The notes under the pieces were generated by a model, which did not search any database, was not told the DNA's origin, and was given only the letters and a program-made list of their open reading frames with translations. This document shows positions 60,758 through 64,000 of a stretch of DNA of 64,000 nucleotides, in pieces. The stretch covers positions 248,001 through 312,000 of the forward strand of contig CM030334.1 in NCBI GenBank assembly GCA_017654855.1, read 5' to 3'. The stretch's first letter is position 1; each line of letters begins with the position of its first letter. The position numbers and the translations under genes were made by a program. This DNA comes from Podospora anserina (lineage: Eukaryota).

Positions 60758-62684
60758 ATGTCGGTCTTTGTAAACTATGGCGGTCCCAAACTGGACAAGA
60801 AACAGAAGCAGCTCGTCCGTTCCCAGGCCATGGTCTCGGTCCGCGGCCAACAGAAACTTGCCAGGGCCGCCAACGCGCATCAGCGTGGTAAGTCGGACCT
60901 TGTGTCGCGCCTTGATGTACAAGTGCTGCATGTGAGCCTGCCGTTGGGTTGCTAATCATCAGCCCTATATGGCTTCACTAGACACAGGTGTAACCAATCC
61001 TTCGGGTCCCTCGGCAGCATCCGCTACTGTTTTGAGCTTAAATCCGCGCAGGTACGTCTTACTTGGAACCCCACGTGGACCCGTTTCATGAGCATTTTCC
61101 TATTTGGGAACCCCCAGATCTGACCTCGTCCTGGTGTTATAACACCCCAACAGGCTTGCTCCTGCCATCCCCACCCCAAGCACGACCGATGTCTCTGAGG
61201 ATTCTGAGGACTCCACCGCCATGGTGTTAGCCAAGGCACCGAGAGCCAACACTAGCCGCAAGCGCGCCGCCGCCGCTGCTGCTGCCGCTACCGTCGCCGC
61301 TCCTGCACTCGTCTCTAGCCGGGCCCGTCATGCTGTTCCTCCCTCCAACATCAGAGACATGTGCGGCGCACCCCCGCTGTCCACCCACTCCACGGGAGTG
61401 TCGGCCCGCACGTTCCAAGATTACCTCTCCCGATGTAACAACTACTCCTCGTACCTCGACCAGGCGTTTGTTCTGGTGGGGTTCAAGCAGCCGTCGTATT
61501 TTAGGCCTGACATGTCAAAGTCGGCCTGTATCTACATTGGCTGGCTGCTTACGGCAGGTGTCTTGGACGCATACAAGGGTAGGGACGAGATGAACTATCC
61601 CTACTACGAGTACAGGGCTGTGTCTGAGCTCCAGAAGTTCATCGACGGGGCGGAGCAGAGAGAGCTCCATGAGGTTGTCTACCCGGTGGTGGTGCTCTCC
61701 ATGTTTGAGGTAAAATCCCCTCGCTGATACGAAGGCCCGGATTAGGAAGTGAAGATTACTAACGGCAACGAATACAAGATGGTGCGTCTGAGCCCGAGGG
61801 CCATCACACATTCTGCTGCGGTGGAGATGTTTATCAAGTCCAGAGGAGGCTTAGCCAAAATGCCGGTGGTAATGCAGCACTTGGTGGTAATGGGCGACAT
61901 GCTGCAAGGCGTTTCCCTGGATGCCCCCTTGGCTTTTAACATTCTGAACCCAGTCACCAGCCTCCGAGCCGCTACAGTGGGGCCGTTCGAGGGCCAGCAG
62001 TTCAGATCATCCCCCTTCCTAATGTGTGACGCCGACGAATTCGATCTGGCCAATAAGTATGTCCAGCCACACATTCACGGGGATCTGCCTGAGGTGTTGC
62101 AGTCGGCTTTGGATTCCTTGAGGCGTTTTTTCAAAATACCATCCGAGCGGGGGTGGGAAGACGAGGCCGATTGGCAGCACCTCGGAACAGTCGACTTGGA
62201 CCGTATCATCGATCAACCATGGGAGGCCTCCGATATCTCTGGCTTGTTTCTCGAGACATGTGCCTTGACGGCCAGGATCATGAGACGGACTCTGTTGGAG
62301 GGACTGGATGCCTTCGATGACGGCGCGAACAAGGAAGACTTGCAGGTTATCTACGAAAATGTCCGATTCATTGGCCTAAAGGCTTGGGTTGGGTTGCCGT
62401 ACATCTATGTCTGGGTGTAGGTCTTCTTTGTCCATCCTCTTGGTATGCGGCTTACTAACGAGGCATGACTCAGGAACTTGATCGGCTTTGAAGCATCAAC
62501 CGACATCAAGATGAAGGCATATTTTGTAGCCGAAGTGGTGCGATGCGCCTTTAGCTATGGCTGTTATCAGATGGAGATCTTTCATGCCATTCTTTCCAAC
62601 TTCTTGTCCATGAGGAATGCGCTGAAGGAGAGGAAATTTGCCCGCATAGCCTTGACACTGGGAGATTGTGGGTTCCTTGCTTGA
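60758..62684 (+). CDS. Fungal transcription-factor-like hypothetical protein without a Zn cluster, multi-exon
   Basis: MSVFVNYGGPKLDKKQKQLVRSQAM, then ORFs 61221..61727, 61749..62420 and 62478..62684 with GT..CTAAC..AG introns; FIKSRGGLAKM segment. 5' exon structure is uncertain. Confidence 0.6.
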
Positions 62685-64000
62685 GAAAATGTACCTCAGG
62701 GGTTGTTGTTGCCTGGGAGACCAGGGGATGTTGACATTGTTCAGGGGCTAGCAACAAAATGTTCCCGAGGTGATGATGATCGGTTATTGTCATTTCCACA
62801 GAATTATCAGCAAAAGTAGAGGTTTCATCCCATTTTAAATTTGCAAAAGTTAACACCAATCGTGTGGTGTGTGTTTGTATGCCCAGTAACAGGATTGAAC
62901 TGTTGACCTTCGCATGATTTGATATACCTCGAGAGGTATATTAGTATGACGCTCTAACCAGCTGAGCCAATCGGGGCCTCCATCAATGGTGCAAGAACAT
63001 CCAAAGTGACCATTTTCCAAGCTCTCAGTGGTGAACACAAAAGGCGGAGTTGTGGCACTGCCACAGTCGTCGGTCACGGCGAAAAGAAAACTAGCTCAGG
63101 CCGAGCCAGAGCCTTCCCTGAGATTCTTTCAACCTTGTAAACCCTTCTTCGGAGCGTGAGTTCAAGCTTCAACCCGGATATCGGGCCTTACTAGTCATCG
63201 GGCGCTTAATTCCCACCACAGCGGCAATGGAAAAAGCTGTCGACTCAAGGGCGCTGTGCATCTAGCGTGCGTTGACAGGCCCAGTACTCGCTGATAATCA
63301 GCCAGGAGGCGGTGAATGGCAAGCCACGCCACCCGACCCCAGGAGCTGACGGAAGCATGTGGATTTCAAACTTCCGAGAGGCGCGATGCCTGCTGACCGG
63401 CGTCATGGGAACCGTTCCGCCATACATACATAGAGTTCCCGCCATGTCAGCATTCTATCGGCCTGCCCATACTGTCAACGCCTATAGGGCTGATGCAAAG
63501 ATCCCTGCAGAATGTTGGGGTCATGTTTCTTCCCTAGTCTATGTTTCACCCAGGCAGGAGGATCATAGGCCCGCCTCTATCCAGCAGTTTGAACATAGTT
63601 TATAGTCCCGATTGGGAATATGCTGGTGGGGGTGCAAGTTATCAGGAAGGTCGGGAGCCCTCTAATGATCATTGATCCTCCTAGGCAAGGGGCGCTCACA
63701 CCAGATGCGATCTTGAGGCTCGACAGAAGCCTAGCATAGTGTGGAACTACTCCGTTCTATGAAGAAGGTGTTATGAGGGTCGGATTGATCTAGAGCAGGC
63801 AAGAAGTCTTGAGGTAGCCATTAGCTTTCACTGTCATGATGTAATGCAATGCTGTCCAACGACTACAAAGGGCGTCAGGATGCCGGCCCTGTTGATCTTC
63901 TGTGTCCTGGTATCTTCTGGCTCGTGATTATACAACCAGCATCCAGAGCGGTGTTCTCCCAAGTCAAGACATCATGCCCGAGGACGATACACCCTACATC

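Noticed and set aside
96-63605. Many overlapping ORFs of 60-245 aa (e.g. 763..1185, 8522..9244, 10309..10890, 23747..24298, 36606..37076, 43340..43951, 57457..58194)
   Set aside because: Antisense or off-frame shadows of real genes, caused by C- or G-skewed codon usage and microsatellites; many have non-ATG starts.
1-64000. Spok meiotic-drive genes or a Starship captain recombinase
   Set aside because: No ORF with recognisable features of either was found; the kinase has a conventional ePK motif set.

Overview
Fungal (filamentous ascomycete) genomic DNA, not bacterial: genes have short GT-AG introns with CTRAC/CTAAC branch sites, and repeats carry repeat-induced point mutation (RIP). The solo LTRs resemble the Podospora 'crapaud' family, so a Podospora/Sordariales origin is inferred, not proven. 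About 19 genes are supported: an O-methyltransferase-fold protein, a divergent pair of Zn2Cys6 factors, a conserved polyQ protein, a secreted LysM protein, a DOMON/cytochrome b561 protein, a protein kinase, an MFS transporter, an alpha/beta hydrolase, two single-pass membrane proteins, a CE1 acetylxylan esterase, a P450, a large acidic protein, a FAD oxidoreductase, a GST, a WSC protein, a TF-like protein and one hypothetical. There is also a HET-domain pseudogene, a GH6 relic, and two transposon nests (about 20.1-21.8 kb and 51.3-53.6 kb). Most notable: (1) after splicing, the LysM protein ends in a complete 8-Cys hydrophobin-type module; (2) two genes have one stop codon followed by 200-255 more in-frame codons, candidates for stop-loss A-to-I editing or readthrough; (3) three enzymes have a substituted key residue, including His->Arg in the O-methyltransferase as in the pericyclase LepI. 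All gene models and family calls come from manual reading and motif recognition; no searches were run.
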